Assembly (NCBI GenBank): GCA_027355945.1
Contig: DAIEHA010000002.1
Span: forward strand, 15,071 to 79,070
Reading direction: 5' to 3'
DNA length: 64,000 bases
DNA from: Candidatus Parcubacteria bacterium
GTDB lineage: Bacteria; Patescibacteriota; Minisyncoccia; UBA6257; 2-01-FULL-56-20
Below are positions 1 to 10,702 of the stretch, piece by piece. A program made the position numbers and the translations under genes. Every line of letters begins with the position of its first letter. Within the stretch, counting starts at the first letter, position 1. The notes under the pieces were generated by a model. That model did no database searches and was not told the DNA's origin. It was given only the letters and a program-made list of their open reading frames with translations.

Positions 1-2
1 TG

Positions 3-1694
3 CGCGCGAACGTGAGAACCGCGGAAGCCGCAAAGAAAGGCATGGCTCCCGCGCTCGCCATCGCGTTCGAGGGAGGTTCCGTGACGGGACTCCTTGTGGT
101 GGGTCTTGCACTTCTTTCAGTCGCAGGATTCTATGGCGCAACACATGACATCCCGGCGCTCATCGGCCTTGGATTCGGTGCAAGCTTGATCTCGGTGTTT
201 GCGCGCCTTGGGGGAGGCATCTTCACGAAAGGTGCTGACGTAGGCGCCGATCTCGTGGGGAAGGTGGAGGCGGGCATCCCGGAGGACGATCCGAGGAATC
301 CTGCAGTGATCGCCGATAACGTCGGTGACAATGTGGGGGATTGCGCCGGCATGGCAGCCGATCTTTTTGAGACGTATGCAGTGACGGCCATCGCCGCAAT
401 CATCCTTGGGAATCTCGTGTTCCCGGGCGTCACCGCGATGCTCGGCCTGCCTCTTATGATTGGAGGCATTTCGATCATCTCCTCGATCATCGGCGTGTTC
501 TTTGTCCGTCTCGGGAAGAACGGCTCTATCATGGGAGCTCTGTATAAGGGGCTCATCGCCTCGAGCGTTCTTTCGCTCATCGGCTTCTGGTTCCTTGCAG
601 AGAGCTACTCCGGTACGACGATCGTGGCATCCCATCTTTTCTGGCCCATGTTCATCGGCATCGTAGTGACCGCGCTCATCGTGCTCATCACCGAATACTA
701 CACCTCCAAGAGCTTCCGTCCCGTTCGTTCGATCGCGCAGGCGTCGACCACCGGGCATGGAACGAACATCATCACGGGTCTTTCGGTCGGCATGGAATCC
801 ACCGCGCTTCCCGTCATCGTCATTGTTGCGGGTATCTTCTCGGCCTATGCGATAACGGGGATCTACGGTGTCGCGCTTGCCACGATGAGCATGCTTTCGA
901 TGGCGGGGATCGTGGTGGCGATCGATGCATTCGGTCCCATCACCGATAACGCGGGAGGAATCGCCGAGATGGCGGGTCTTCCTGAGGACGTGAGGAAGGT
1001 GACCGATGCCCTTGATGCGGTGGGCAATACCACGAAAGCGGTGACCAAGGGATATGCCATCGGTTCCGCCGGACTTGCTGCGGTGGTGCTCTTCTCGTCG
1101 TATGTCCAATCGCTGCAGAATCATCTCGGCGGCAAAACGATCAATTTCGATCTTAGCAACCCCCGCGTGATCATCGGACTTCTCATAGGTGGGATGATTC
1201 CGTATCTTTTCGCATCGATCTCCATGCGCGCGGTCGGCAAGGCCGCCGGGAGCGTGGTTGAAGAGGTCCGCCGCCAGTTCCGTGAGATACCGGGTATCAT
1301 GGAGGGAACGGCAAAGCCTGATTATGCGAAGAGCGTCGACCTCGTGACGTCGGCGGCGATCAAAGAGATGATCGTGCCCGCGCTCCTTCCGGTGCTTCTT
1401 CCGATCGCCGTCGGGTTCCTCCTCGGACCTATCGCGCTCGGAGGGCTTCTTGTCGGATCGATCGTCACGGGCATATTCGTTGCGATCTCGATGACGTCCG
1501 GAGGCGCTGCATGGGACAATGCGAAGAAATACGTCGAGGAAGGCAACTTTGGCGGGAAAGGTTCCGAGGCGCATAAAGCTGCAGTGACAGGGGATACGGT
1601 GGGCGATCCCTATAAGGACACTGCTGGCCCCGCGATCAATCCTGTGATCAAGATCATCAACATTATCGCACTGCTCCTCATTCCATTCTTGTAA
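3..1694 (+). CDS. hppA: Membrane-bound proton-translocating pyrophosphatase, K+-independent type (5' truncated by window)
   Basis: Motifs [34 protein letters not shown] and [10 protein letters not shown]; many TM segments; frame open to the window edge. Confidence 0.97.
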   Translation, partial: RANVRTAEAAKKGMAPALAIAFEGGSVTGLLVVGLALLSVAGFYGATHDIPALIGLGFGASLISVFARLGGGIFTKGADVGADLVGKVEAGIPEDDPRNPAVIADNVGDNVGDCAGMAADLFETYAVTAIAAIILGNLVFPGVTAMLGLPLMIGGISIISSIIGVFFVRLGKNGSIMGALYKGLIASSVLSLIGFWFLAESYSGTTIVASHLFWPMFIGIVVTALIVLITEYYTSKSFRPVRSIAQASTTGHGTNIITGLSVGMESTALPVIVIVAGIFSAYAITGIYGVALATMSMLSMAGIVVAIDAFGPITDNAGGIAEMAGLPEDVRKVTDALDAVGNTTKAVTKGYAIGSAGLAAVVLFSSYVQSLQNHLGGKTINFDLSNPRVIIGLLIGGMIPYLFASISMRAVGKAAGSVVEEVRRQFREIPGIMEGTAKPDYAKSVDLVTSAAIKEMIVPALLPVLLPIAVGFLLGPIALGGLLVGSIVTGIFVAISMTSGGAAWDNAKKYVEEGNFGGKGSEAHKAAVTGDTVGDPYKDTAGPAINPVIKIINIIALLLIPFL

Positions 1695-1725
1695 TATTGC
1701 AGCACACAAACGCATAATAAAGAAC

Positions 1726-2325
1726 ATGGAATACGAAAACCAATACCTCATCCCGACCGTCATCGAAAAGTCGCAGTATGGCGAGCGTGCATACGATATC
1801 TACTCCCGCCTTCTCAAGGAAAGGATCATCTTCCTCGGAGGCCCGGTGACGGATGCCGTCGCGAATATCGTCATTGCGCAGCTTCTCTTCCTTCAGCATG
1901 AGGATTCCAAGAAGGATATCAATCTCTACATCAACAGTCCGGGCGGTTCGGTGACCGCGGGAATGGCCATTTACGACACAATACAGTTCGTGAAGCCGGA
2001 TGTAGTGACGACATGCGTGGGCATCGCCGCATCGATGGGGGCATTCCTTCTCGCAGCGGGAAAAAAGGGGAAGCGATTTTCCCTTCCGAATTCCGAGATC
2101 CTGCTCCATCAGGTTGCGGTGGATTCCATCGGGGGACAGGCCACTGAGATCGAGATTTCCGCACGCCAGATCATCAAAACCAAGCAGCGTCTCAACCAGA
2201 TCCTTGCAAAGAGCACCGGACAGAGCCTTGCAAAGGTGGAAAAGGACACGGAACGGGATTTCTGGCTTTCCGCCGATGAGGCGAAGGCCTACGGCGTGAT
2301 CGACGAGATAATCAAGAAATCATAG
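1726..2325 (+). CDS. clpP: ATP-dependent Clp protease proteolytic subunit
   Basis: [31 protein letters not shown] catalytic Ser, LLHQ. Confidence 0.98.
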   Translation: MEYENQYLIPTVIEKSQYGERAYDIYSRLLKERIIFLGGPVTDAVANIVIAQLLFLQHEDSKKDINLYINSPGGSVTAGMAIYDTIQFVKPDVVTTCVGIAASMGAFLLAAGKKGKRFSLPNSEILLHQVAVDSIGGQATEIEISARQIIKTKQRLNQILAKSTGQSLAKVEKDTERDFWLSADEAKAYGVIDEIIKKS

Positions 2326-2971
2326 CCTTCGAAGGCCGCGAAGTTATCCACAGGCGCCCGTTTTACGCGGGCGCCTGTTTTGGTATACTGAATGCAGTCC
2401 TCTGATAGAAGAATATGAAGTTTACCGCGTGAAACGCGGCGATAATGTGACGAATCTGTCACGTTGATGCGACACTGGATGTCGCGCAGTTGGTTCGGTG
2501 TTATCATGCAAAAGGGCAATCCCTAATTTTTTTACAAAAGGGCATTGCCCTTTGCGAGTTTTTGGGGGTATGGCTGCGATTCCGGAACCTGAGATCTGTG
2601 GCCGAAGATCGGTGCACGACCTCCCTATTTTCATATTGGACCCCAAGAGGAACCCGAAGGTCGCAGTGAATACATATCATAATGCCCCATCGATTGAGCG
2701 TGGTGCGTGTTGCATCACAGCAGCACTCCAGCAAAAGGGATATCTTCCGAACTTGAGCGGGCAACGGGAGTCGGACCCGTGTCTTCACCTTGGAAGGGTG
2801 ACATAATACCGTTATACCATGCCCGCATCGGCCGACCCTGCGGGATTATTGTAGCCTCTCGTCCGGAGAATCTCAATAGCGCCATGGCGGATAAGCCCCA
2901 TTTTCATCGAGGAGACCTCGAAAAATACTTGCTTTTTGACCCTGTTTTTGTTAGAACTATTCATATTGTCC

Positions 2972-3568
2972 ATGGCCAATTTCTCGCGAAAGATCAAGTT
3001 AGTCCTTATATTTGTTGCAATAATCGTAGCGGGTTATGCGCTTGCGTTCTACTGGCAGACGAGGAATAGGGTCCCTCTTGCGTTCGTGAATGCCCGCAAT
3101 CAGGGGGCGATCATCGCCCAGAGCATCGTAAGCACCTCGAACAGCTCCACTGCCACGCTCGAAAAAATAGATCAGTATGACAGGGAGGGGAACTATGCCC
3201 AGGCCCTTGCTCTCACCCAGGGGCTCGTGAGTCAGAGCGTGGATCTTCGCAATCAGGCCATCAACCTTTCCAATCAGATCGAAACGATGACCCAGTCCCT
3301 TTCCGGCATAAAGGACTTCACTGCCCAACAGGATGCCCTCGAAGCGATATCGAGCCATCTTGCGCTCATCAATCAGCTCATCAATTACAGCGGCGATCTT
3401 GGGAAGCTTCTTGATACCCTCCAGATGCGTTTCAGCGGGCAGACGGGGACTTTGGGCGAAGTGACGGGCCAGGTTGCCCAGATAAACATCGACATCAACG
3501 CCATCAACAATTTCAACAATCAGGCTCAGCAATCCATGCAGGCATTTGATAAAATAGAGAACAAGTGA
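2972..3568 (+). CDS. Hypothetical protein with N-terminal TM anchor and helical Q/N-rich ectodomain
   Basis: 198-aa ORF from ATG 2972; single hydrophobic N-terminal helix. Confidence 0.8.
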   Translation: MANFSRKIKLVLIFVAIIVAGYALAFYWQTRNRVPLAFVNARNQGAIIAQSIVSTSNSSTATLEKIDQYDREGNYAQALALTQGLVSQSVDLRNQAINLSNQIETMTQSLSGIKDFTAQQDALEAISSHLALINQLINYSGDLGKLLDTLQMRFSGQTGTLGEVTGQVAQINIDINAINNFNNQAQQSMQAFDKIENK

Positions 3569-3588
3569 GACCCTGTCCGGAGTATGAT

Positions 3589-3660
3589 GGGCACATAGCT
3601 CAACGGTAGAGCAGACGTCTTATACACGTCCGGTTCTAGGTTCGAATCCTAGTGTGCCCA
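3589..3660 (+). tRNA. tRNA-Ile(UAU)
   Basis: Cloverleaf GGGCACA/TGTGCCC; anticodon stem GACGT/ACGTC with loop CT-TAT-AC; T arm CTAGG-TTCGAAT-CCTAG; CCA not encoded. Confidence 0.93.
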
Positions 3661-3661
3661 C

Positions 3662-3690
3662 AAAAATCCCCGCATGTGCGGGGATTCTTT
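3662..3690. terminator. Bidirectional intrinsic terminator between tRNA-Ile and ftsH
   Basis: AAAAATCCCCGCA-TG-TGCGGGGATTCTTT inverted repeat between convergent genes. Confidence 0.75.
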
Positions 3691-5519
3691 TATGCAGTGA
3701 TCGGCTTTATTTTGAACGGTCTTAGGACGGCGTTGAAATCATCCTGTTCGAGCACCTCCTTTTCCATGAGCGTGTCCGCGACCTTCTTGAGGGCCGCTTT
3801 ATGGGACTTGAGCACTTTTTCGGCGACATCGTAGGCGTGCATGAGGAACTTCTTCACTTCCTCATCGATCTCCGATGCCACCTTCTCCGAATAGTTCTTT
3901 TCCGAGGAGATCTCCCTTCCAAGGAACATCATCTCCTCCGTTTTTCCGAACGTCATGGGGCCCAGTTCGCTCATGCCGTATTTCGTCACAAGCTTCCTTG
4001 CAAGGTCGGATGCCTCTTTTAGATCGTTCGACGCCCCAGTGGAGATATCCCCGAACGTAAGCTTTTCCGAGGCATAGCCTCCCATCATCATGGCAAGATC
4101 CGCGAGGAATTGCGCCCTTGTTTTGAGGTGCACATCCTCATTGGGGAGTTTCATGGTATATCCTCCCGCAAAACCGCGGCTTATGATGGAGACCTTTTGC
4201 ACGGGATCGGCATCCTTCAGAGATGCAGCCACGAGCGCGTGCCCGCCTTCGTGATATGCGGTTATCTCTTTCTCGTGCTGGGAAATGACACGACTCCGGC
4301 GCTCCGGCCCCATAATCACCTTCTCCGCTGCTTCAAGAAGGTCCGCCTGACCGATCATCTTCTGTCCGTGCCTCGCGGCGGCGATGGCCGCCTCGTTCAT
4401 GAGATTCGCGAGATCCGCTCCCGAAAAGCCCGGTGTGCGTTGCGCCACCCTCCGAAAGTCCACGTCCTTCCCGATGGTCTTCCCTTCGGCATGGATCCTG
4501 AGGATCGCTTCCCGATCCTTCATGTCGGGAAGATCGAGGATGATGCGACGATCGAAACGGCCCGGGCGGAGAAGCGCCGGATCGAGGACGTCCGGACGAT
4601 TCGTCGCCGCGAGGACGATGACCCGCGTATCCCTATCAAAGCCGTCCATTTCCACGAGGATCTGGTTCAGCGTCTGTTCGCGCTCATCGTTGCCTCCGCC
4701 CATGCCTGCGCCGCGCTGGCGTCCCACCGCGTCGATCTCATCGATGAAGAGGATCGCAGGAGCCGCCCGTTTCGCGGTAAGGAATGCATCTCTTGTGCGC
4801 GAGGCGCCTACCCCCACGAACATCTCCACGAACTCGGATGCGGAGATGAAGAAGAAAGGAACATTGCTTTCGCCTGCAATCGCCCTTGCGACGAGGGTTT
4901 TTCCGGTTCCCGGGGGTCCCATGAGCAGGATCCCGCGGGGGATCCTTGCCCCAAGATCGAGGAATTTCTTGGGGGTTTTAAGGAAATCAACGACCTCGAT
5001 GAGCTCCTCTTTTGCCTCCTTGAGCCCGGCCACGTCCTTGAACATGACACGATCCTTGAATGAGGAGACTTTGAGGTTGGAACGGCCGAAATTGAAGGCC
5101 TGGTTCACCCCTGATCGCGCCTGTCGGAACATAAGCCAGAAAAGGACGCCGACCAGAAGCAGTTCGAGAAGGGGAGGAAGGAGTAGGCTTGCCCAATATT
5201 GCGCCCCGCTCTGATTGACCACCTGGAGGTCCATATTTTGAAGCGCCTGATCGTTCACGCCGAGATTCTTGAGGGTGCTCGTGATGTCGGCGCCATCCTC
5301 CTTCTGCGATACCGCAGCACTGCCGTCGGTCATCGTAATATCAAGCTCGGACCCATTCACCTTTATCTGTTTTACCTGTCCTGCGTTGATGTCGCTTGCG
5401 AGCTGGCTCAGGCTGAGCGTCTTTGCCGAGGGAGCGGGAGTGAAAAAGAACGAGAATATGAGCGATATCACGATGAGCGTGATGACGGCCCATATGATGT
5501 TTTTTGAGAGGTTTGACAT
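3690..5519 (-). CDS. ftsH: ATP-dependent zinc metalloprotease FtsH
   Basis: Two N-terminal TMs, [31 protein letters not shown]. Confidence 0.98.
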   Translation of the reverse strand: MSNLSKNIIWAVITLIVISLIFSFFFTPAPSAKTLSLSQLASDINAGQVKQIKVNGSELDITMTDGSAAVSQKEDGADITSTLKNLGVNDQALQNMDLQVVNQSGAQYWASLLLPPLLELLLVGVLFWLMFRQARSGVNQAFNFGRSNLKVSSFKDRVMFKDVAGLKEAKEELIEVVDFLKTPKKFLDLGARIPRGILLMGPPGTGKTLVARAIAGESNVPFFFISASEFVEMFVGVGASRTRDAFLTAKRAAPAILFIDEIDAVGRQRGAGMGGGNDEREQTLNQILVEMDGFDRDTRVIVLAATNRPDVLDPALLRPGRFDRRIILDLPDMKDREAILRIHAEGKTIGKDVDFRRVAQRTPGFSGADLANLMNEAAIAAARHGQKMIGQADLLEAAEKVIMGPERRSRVISQHEKEITAYHEGGHALVAASLKDADPVQKVSIISRGFAGGYTMKLPNEDVHLKTRAQFLADLAMMMGGYASEKLTFGDISTGASNDLKEASDLARKLVTKYGMSELGPMTFGKTEEMMFLGREISSEKNYSEKVASEIDEEVKKFLMHAYDVAEKVLKSHKAALKKVADTLMEKEVLEQDDFNAVLRPFKIKPITA

Positions 5520-5595
5520 ATGGAATATTATAAAAAGTTTCAATTAAATCGTCAAAATAAGCGAGGAATACCCCTGCGCGACCTTGCACGAACGC

Positions 5596-5952
5596 TTATT
5601 CTCCGAACCAATGATAGTGATACACGATAAGGAGATAGATCGCCGCAAGCACGAAGAATCCCGCAAGGCCGGCACCGATAGCGATCCTCGACCCGTATCG
5701 AGGGGCGACGTAGGCGACGATCGCCATATAGGGGACCCACGAAACGAGTGTTCCGACAAGCACGAACCAGGCATTTTCGCTCACCGCTTTGGGCCCGCTC
5801 GTTTCGCCTATGAATGCATACGCCACAAGCGTGAATACAGGCATGAGCGTCGCAAACCCCGAGAGCATTCGATATCCGCTTTCCTCCGCGGCAACGATGA
5901 GCGTTGTGAATATGCCACCGGTGAGAAAATAGAGTACGTAACTTTTGAGCAT
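5596..5952 (-). CDS. Small four-TM membrane protein (DUF3147/GlpM-like)
   Basis: 118 aa with four hydrophobic helices; family assignment by resemblance only. Confidence 0.65.
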   Translation of the reverse strand: MLKSYVLYFLTGGIFTTLIVAAEESGYRMLSGFATLMPVFTLVAYAFIGETSGPKAVSENAWFVLVGTLVSWVPYMAIVAYVAPRYGSRIAIGAGLAGFFVLAAIYLLIVYHYHWFGE

Positions 5953-6152
5953 CGAGGGAATGCGGATTATTCCATGAAGGGATGCACTTATAATACCACG
6001 TTTTCAGGAAAAAAAGTCCTTTTCGGAGGCATTTCCTGGGGGTATCGGTGTTATGCGGAGGTATCTTGCTGGGAGGTGGGAAGGCGGCACTAATGGGATA
6101 TCCCCCATGGCGTCTCTGGAATATTTTACGCTCAAGATTTACCATATAGTTC

Positions 6153-6788
6153 ATGGCATCATCCTATAGGACGTTTTTCACGAAAGATCGGATCCGCTCC
6201 CTCCTTGTGGCGCTCGTCCTTTTCGGGCTTGCGGTCATATTCCAATTCTATGCGTCGGCATATTCGAGCCGCGTGCCGAGCAATGCCGTTCCCGATCTCA
6301 TCCTGGGAGCCCTTCCCGTGATCAATTTGAATGCCATCATCGTGGAAGGTGCGCTTACGGCCATCGCCGGTTCCATCGCCCTTCTCCTTACCAAACCCAA
6401 ATATCTCATCTTCGCCCTTAAAGCCGCCGCGATATTCATTGCCACTCGCGCAGTGTTCGTCTCGGTCACGCACCTCGGCATTTATCCCGGACAAGCGGGA
6501 CCGGATCCCACGGGATTCTTCGACGGGATCTATACGGGGCTCGGCCTCGAGGCAGGATTCTTCTTTTCGGGACATACCGGCCTTACATTCCTCATGGCCC
6601 TCGTATTCTGGGATGAGAAATTCTGGCGCTATCTCTACCTCGGACTTTCGATGCTCTTCGGCATCTCCGTGCTCTTTGCGCACGTGCATTATTCGATAGA
6701 TGTCCTTGCGGCCCCTTATATCACCTATACCATTTTCAAAATATCCCAGTATTTCTTCAAGGAGGACTACGCGTTGATATCGGGGTAG
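6153..6788 (+). CDS. PAP2-superfamily membrane protein (sphingomyelin-synthase-like C-terminal domain)
   Basis: FFSGHT and HYSIDV motifs, about six TMs. Confidence 0.85.
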   Translation: MASSYRTFFTKDRIRSLLVALVLFGLAVIFQFYASAYSSRVPSNAVPDLILGALPVINLNAIIVEGALTAIAGSIALLLTKPKYLIFALKAAAIFIATRAVFVSVTHLGIYPGQAGPDPTGFFDGIYTGLGLEAGFFFSGHTGLTFLMALVFWDEKFWRYLYLGLSMLFGISVLFAHVHYSIDVLAAPYITYTIFKISQYFFKEDYALISG

Positions 6789-6910
6789 GTCCCCAATGCC
6801 GGTTTTTGCATCCCGTGTTGCGCATCGCGCATCACGTATTTCGTATCCTGCATCCTGTATCCTGTATGGGATCCCTGGATATCACCGGCTCTCTGAAATG
6901 CGCGATGATG

Positions 6911-7411
6911 TCATCCCGTTCCCTTGATCGCGTTGCGATGACGGAAGATGGATCCATAAATAAGACTTGCAGCAATGACCATGGCGATACTGCCCGCAAT
7001 ATCCGCAGCGTGATGAACGCCAACGTAGATACGCGCCCATCCTATGAGGAGCGCGAGGATCCAAAGCGCGACACTCCATTTTTTATCATAGAACCAGATG
7101 ATCATCGCCACCGCTCCCGTGAGAAGGACATGATCCGAGGGGAAGCCGTTGTCGGCGGCATGCGCGATGAGCGGTACGAAATGGCCTACGACGAATGGGC
7201 GGGGATCGTAGTAGAAATAGGAGGATATCCTCGAGATCAAAAATGCGATGGGTGCAATGATCGCGCCGCAGATCGCCATGCTTTTTTTTATGGTCCATGG
7301 CTGCAGGAGGAAGAAGACGATTGCGAGGAGAAGTACGAAAAGATAGAGATATTGTGCGATGAAGATCGCGACGCCATTGATGATCATGCCTTTCACTATA
7401 GTACGTTTCAT
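6911..7411 (-). CDS. PAP2 phosphatase, probable undecaprenyl-diphosphatase (BcrC-like)
   Basis: RPF, FPSDH, RIYVGVHHAAD motifs. Confidence 0.88.
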   Translation of the reverse strand: MKRTIVKGMIINGVAIFIAQYLYLFVLLLAIVFFLLQPWTIKKSMAICGAIIAPIAFLISRISSYFYYDPRPFVVGHFVPLIAHAADNGFPSDHVLLTGAVAMIIWFYDKKWSVALWILALLIGWARIYVGVHHAADIAGSIAMVIAASLIYGSIFRHRNAIKGTG

Positions 7412-7673
7412 TCAATAGTTTAAATCCACCCCTTAAAACCGACGCCGTATTCGGCGTCGTTCATTGCAGGTGATCATATGTCTTGAAGCGGCCCTCCCTG
7501 CGCATTGCCTTGAAAAACATCGAGTTTATCCTGTTCGATATTCCTTTCGCATATTTATCTCCCCAGTCCTTTGTTTTGCCATTTTCCCGTAATGAATATC
7601 CGGTGTGAGGGTAATAGGATATGGATGGTTTTGAGGGATAGTGCGGAACGATTGCCAAAGTAATACCAAAAAC

Positions 7674-8609
7674 ATGAAAAAGAACATACCTCTTCTTATC
7701 CTTGCCTCGTTTTTCATCTCTCTCTGCACGCCATTCGATGGCGCGTTCGCTGCGAGCCAAGGTGCGGGTGGCGGAGGCAATGCGGGGGGTGGCGGGTCGG
7801 GCGGCGGAGGGAGCAGCGGTATGGGCGGTCTTGCGGTGAGCAATACCGCAGGGGTTGCTGCTCCAAGCGGCACATTGCTGCAGGATCAGGATCGTCTTCG
7901 TTTGCAGATCCACGTAACCTCGACGGCAACTGCGGCCACATCGGCATCATTCCTGCCGACCTCCACCTCTTCGACTTCTGCGGGATATGGCGATCAGCTT
8001 CAGGATCGCGATAGGACCCAGGATCAACAGAGGCTTCGGGATGGCAGCGGACTCGGGGATCAGAACCAATATCAGGTTCGGGCGCAGTATCAATCCCAGA
8101 ATTCCACCACGGGTTCCGGACAAAATCAGGGTCAGGGATACGGCTCTCAGTTCATGAACCAGGAGCAGATTGCTCAGGGTACGGGAACCCTTATGCAGAT
8201 ACGGATGCAGGTGCAGACCGCGGCGCGAGCCCTCATTCAGGCGGGTGCGAACGCGACGACAAGCGGGCTCGGGGAACAGATAAGGATGATTGCGCAGAAT
8301 CAGGTTGAAAACCAGGCGCGCATCCAATCTTCCATAGAAAAGATCCAGCAGCGTTCTGGGTTGGCGAAGCTTTTCATCGGTCCGAATTACGGCGAGGTGA
8401 ATAACGCCCAGAGGCTCATCACGCAGAACACCCAGCAGATCCGACAGCTTGAGCAGGTCGCCGCGCAAGTCTCCGGTTCAGGGGATCGACAGGCTATCAC
8501 TACACAGGTCAAAACCCTTCAGGAGGCGAACAACCAGCTTGGAAATTCATTGGACGAGGCGCGCGGAGGATTCAGTCTTTTCGGTTGGATCATCAAGTTG
8601 TTCAGCTGA
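7674..8609 (+). CDS. Secreted Gly/Gln-rich hypothetical protein
   Basis: Signal peptide, Gly run, QDQDR-like repeats, coiled-coil C-terminus ending FSLFGWIIKLFS. Confidence 0.8.
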   Translation: MKKNIPLLILASFFISLCTPFDGAFAASQGAGGGGNAGGGGSGGGGSSGMGGLAVSNTAGVAAPSGTLLQDQDRLRLQIHVTSTATAATSASFLPTSTSSTSAGYGDQLQDRDRTQDQQRLRDGSGLGDQNQYQVRAQYQSQNSTTGSGQNQGQGYGSQFMNQEQIAQGTGTLMQIRMQVQTAARALIQAGANATTSGLGEQIRMIAQNQVENQARIQSSIEKIQQRSGLAKLFIGPNYGEVNNAQRLITQNTQQIRQLEQVAAQVSGSGDRQAITTQVKTLQEANNQLGNSLDEARGGFSLFGWIIKLFS

Positions 8610-8669
8610 TGCATCCGCATCCCTTCCGAGAGGCGCATGGATCGTTCCTGTTGCGGAACGATCTTTGTG

Positions 8670-9755
8670 TCATTGTGCGATCACCGAAACGGAGTCGATG
8701 ATCATCTTTGCTGTCGCGGCAGTGGTGCCATATATCGAGAATCCGATACCCCCGTTCTGCGGGGAGGTCATTGCGGTCTTTCCTGCACCGACACCCTCGT
8801 TCGAAACGGAGCCCCCATTCAGCGAGCAGGTGACATAGACGCCCCGTATCGAGATCCCCGTATCCATCGGTCCCGCAGTCGAGCTCCCTTTTCCTATCGT
8901 GATCGCGGGCGATAGCGGGATCCTGTAGCCATTGATGTATTGAAGCGCCCGTACGGACACCCCGTTTCCCGAAGGGGTGTATTCGCACATCACATAATTG
9001 CTTGCGTTCCGATAGGCGGCCATCAATCCGAATGATGATCCGCTGGCCCACTCTATTGGGGCGGTCATGGAGTAGTCGTTCCACTCAAAGGAATTTTTCA
9101 GATATACGCCCGCGCCAAGGCTGTTTGGTCCGGCGGCAAGAAGGAGGCCGCCTCCGTTCGAGGGAGTCGCGGTGCCCCACGTCGTTTGCCACGCTACGTC
9201 ATTCGAGAAATTCGTTTCTTCATATGGCAGAAGCAGCGCGCTTCCCGAGGAGGACAGCGTGGGAGATCCGGCGGTCAGCAATCCTGGCGGAGCAGGGATC
9301 TTCGGCGTTACCGTGATCGTTGCGGTGGCGACCGGAAGAAGGGAGGGTGGCGGCGGCGTAAGGACGGTTTGGGCCGGTTGTATCGTTGAAGTTTTCGCGG
9401 ATGTCGTTGCGGGTGCGGACGCGTGTATCGGTGAAGAAGGCGTCAAAGGTGCGGATGTCGTTGCGGACGCGGATATAGATGTGGATGCAGATGCGGATAC
9501 GGATGAAGGGAGGGGAGCAGACAGGGATCCCGATGGCGTGGCTGTTGCGACTGCGGCTCCCTGTGGCTCTTGCGCGGTCCCTTGTGCGATCCCCGAAAGA
9601 TTTTGCGCAATATCCGCCGTGAATCCGTTCGCCTGCGATCCTTGGGTAAGGAGCGCAAGGATATCCTTCGGCGGCGACATGGCGAAAAAGAGCACAAGGG
9701 TGCTGAGCGCCATGAACCCAAGGATGGTGGCGATCGTACCGAACACCTTTTTCAT
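8670..9755 (-). CDS. Membrane-anchored protein with S/T/P/A-rich stalk and beta-rich (possibly lectin-like) C-terminal domain
   Basis: N-terminal TM, low-complexity linker, beta-strand pattern with two Cys. Confidence 0.75.
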   Translation of the reverse strand: MKKVFGTIATILGFMALSTLVLFFAMSPPKDILALLTQGSQANGFTADIAQNLSGIAQGTAQEPQGAAVATATPSGSLSAPLPSSVSASASTSISASATTSAPLTPSSPIHASAPATTSAKTSTIQPAQTVLTPPPPSLLPVATATITVTPKIPAPPGLLTAGSPTLSSSGSALLLPYEETNFSNDVAWQTTWGTATPSNGGGLLLAAGPNSLGAGVYLKNSFEWNDYSMTAPIEWASGSSFGLMAAYRNASNYVMCEYTPSGNGVSVRALQYINGYRIPLSPAITIGKGSSTAGPMDTGISIRGVYVTCSLNGGSVSNEGVGAGKTAMTSPQNGGIGFSIYGTTAATAKMIIDSVSVIAQ

Positions 9756-9953
9756 GGTTCTATACTACCATACCGCATATGCGATTTTGCGGGGTGCGAG
9801 AGATGTGATTCTGCGTTATACGTTGATGCGCGTACCTTGAGATGCGTACCTTCCATGCCGTGCATGGGAATGCCATCGACGCGCATGCCCGAGGATTTCT
9901 ATGGAAAAGCCGATCGGCCTGGAGTATACTCCCACACAGAAAGGAGGCACGCC

Positions 9954-10667
9954 ATGGACGCGCGCTTCGTCAGGTTTTGGAAACCTATCGCGGAAGCCGT
10001 CGCGATCCTATTCCTCTTTCTCGTCTTTTTCGGGAAATTCCAGATCGCGGAGCGGTTATTCTTGTCGTTTGTGAACGGTGAATCTTCGGTGGCGTTCTGG
10101 GTCGCTGCGGGGACCCCTTTCGTGCCTGCGGTGGCCATTGCCATTGCGTGCAGCAGCTTCGATATATTCTCCTATTATTGCGGGTTTGCCCTCCTCAAGC
10201 GTTTTTATAAGGAGATGGCAAAACCGTTGTATGAGGAGATCGACAGCAGGACCGATCTTTCCGCCATCGATGGAAACGCCGAATGGGCAAGGAACGCATA
10301 TCGCTGGGGGATCGGGATCTATCGGTTTGCGGTGCCTCAGCCATCGGAGGATGAGCGTGAAGGATCGCGTTCTTCGCGGAGGATGCTGTGGCATTACGCC
10401 CAGCTATATCGCTACGGTCTTACTCCCGGATCCATCTGGACGGGTGTGGGATACAGCTTCGCGTTCAAAATGGACCTTCTTGCCTCGGGTATCGTCGTGG
10501 GTATCGGAAATATCACGAAGATGCTCCTTTGCGGATATTTCTCCATAAAGATACCCCTCTGGAGCGTGATCCCCGTATTCGTCCTTGGACCTATGTGTTT
10601 GCGACATGCCATAGGTCGGCTACGAAGGCACTGTTCCGTGGCACACCCTTTTCCTGCAAAGGAATAA
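9954..10667 (+). CDS. Hypothetical membrane protein
   Basis: AGGAGG SD before ATG 9954; several hydrophobic segments. Confidence 0.65.
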   Translation: MDARFVRFWKPIAEAVAILFLFLVFFGKFQIAERLFLSFVNGESSVAFWVAAGTPFVPAVAIAIACSSFDIFSYYCGFALLKRFYKEMAKPLYEEIDSRTDLSAIDGNAEWARNAYRWGIGIYRFAVPQPSEDEREGSRSSRRMLWHYAQLYRYGLTPGSIWTGVGYSFAFKMDLLASGIVVGIGNITKMLLCGYFSIKIPLWSVIPVFVLGPMCLRHAIGRLRRHCSVAHPFPAKE

Positions 10668-10702
10668 GGGTGTTTTTTATGCGAAAGTCCCGCGTATGCC
10701 GG

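Noticed and set aside
117-1763. 548-aa minus-strand ORF, and similar long antisense ORFs over ftsH, gyrA, pnp, htrA and clpB (e.g. 60609-62915)
   Set aside because: Shadow ORFs opposite well-supported genes, expected from GC-rich codon bias; no motifs.
2344-2352. oriC
   Set aside because: Only one perfect DnaA box was seen, with no cluster and no dnaA/dnaN.
2400-2470. LysM-like peptide YRVKRGDN and hammerhead-like CTGA...GAAA
   Set aside because: No start codon and an early stop; the hammerhead core (CUGANGA) and stems do not match.
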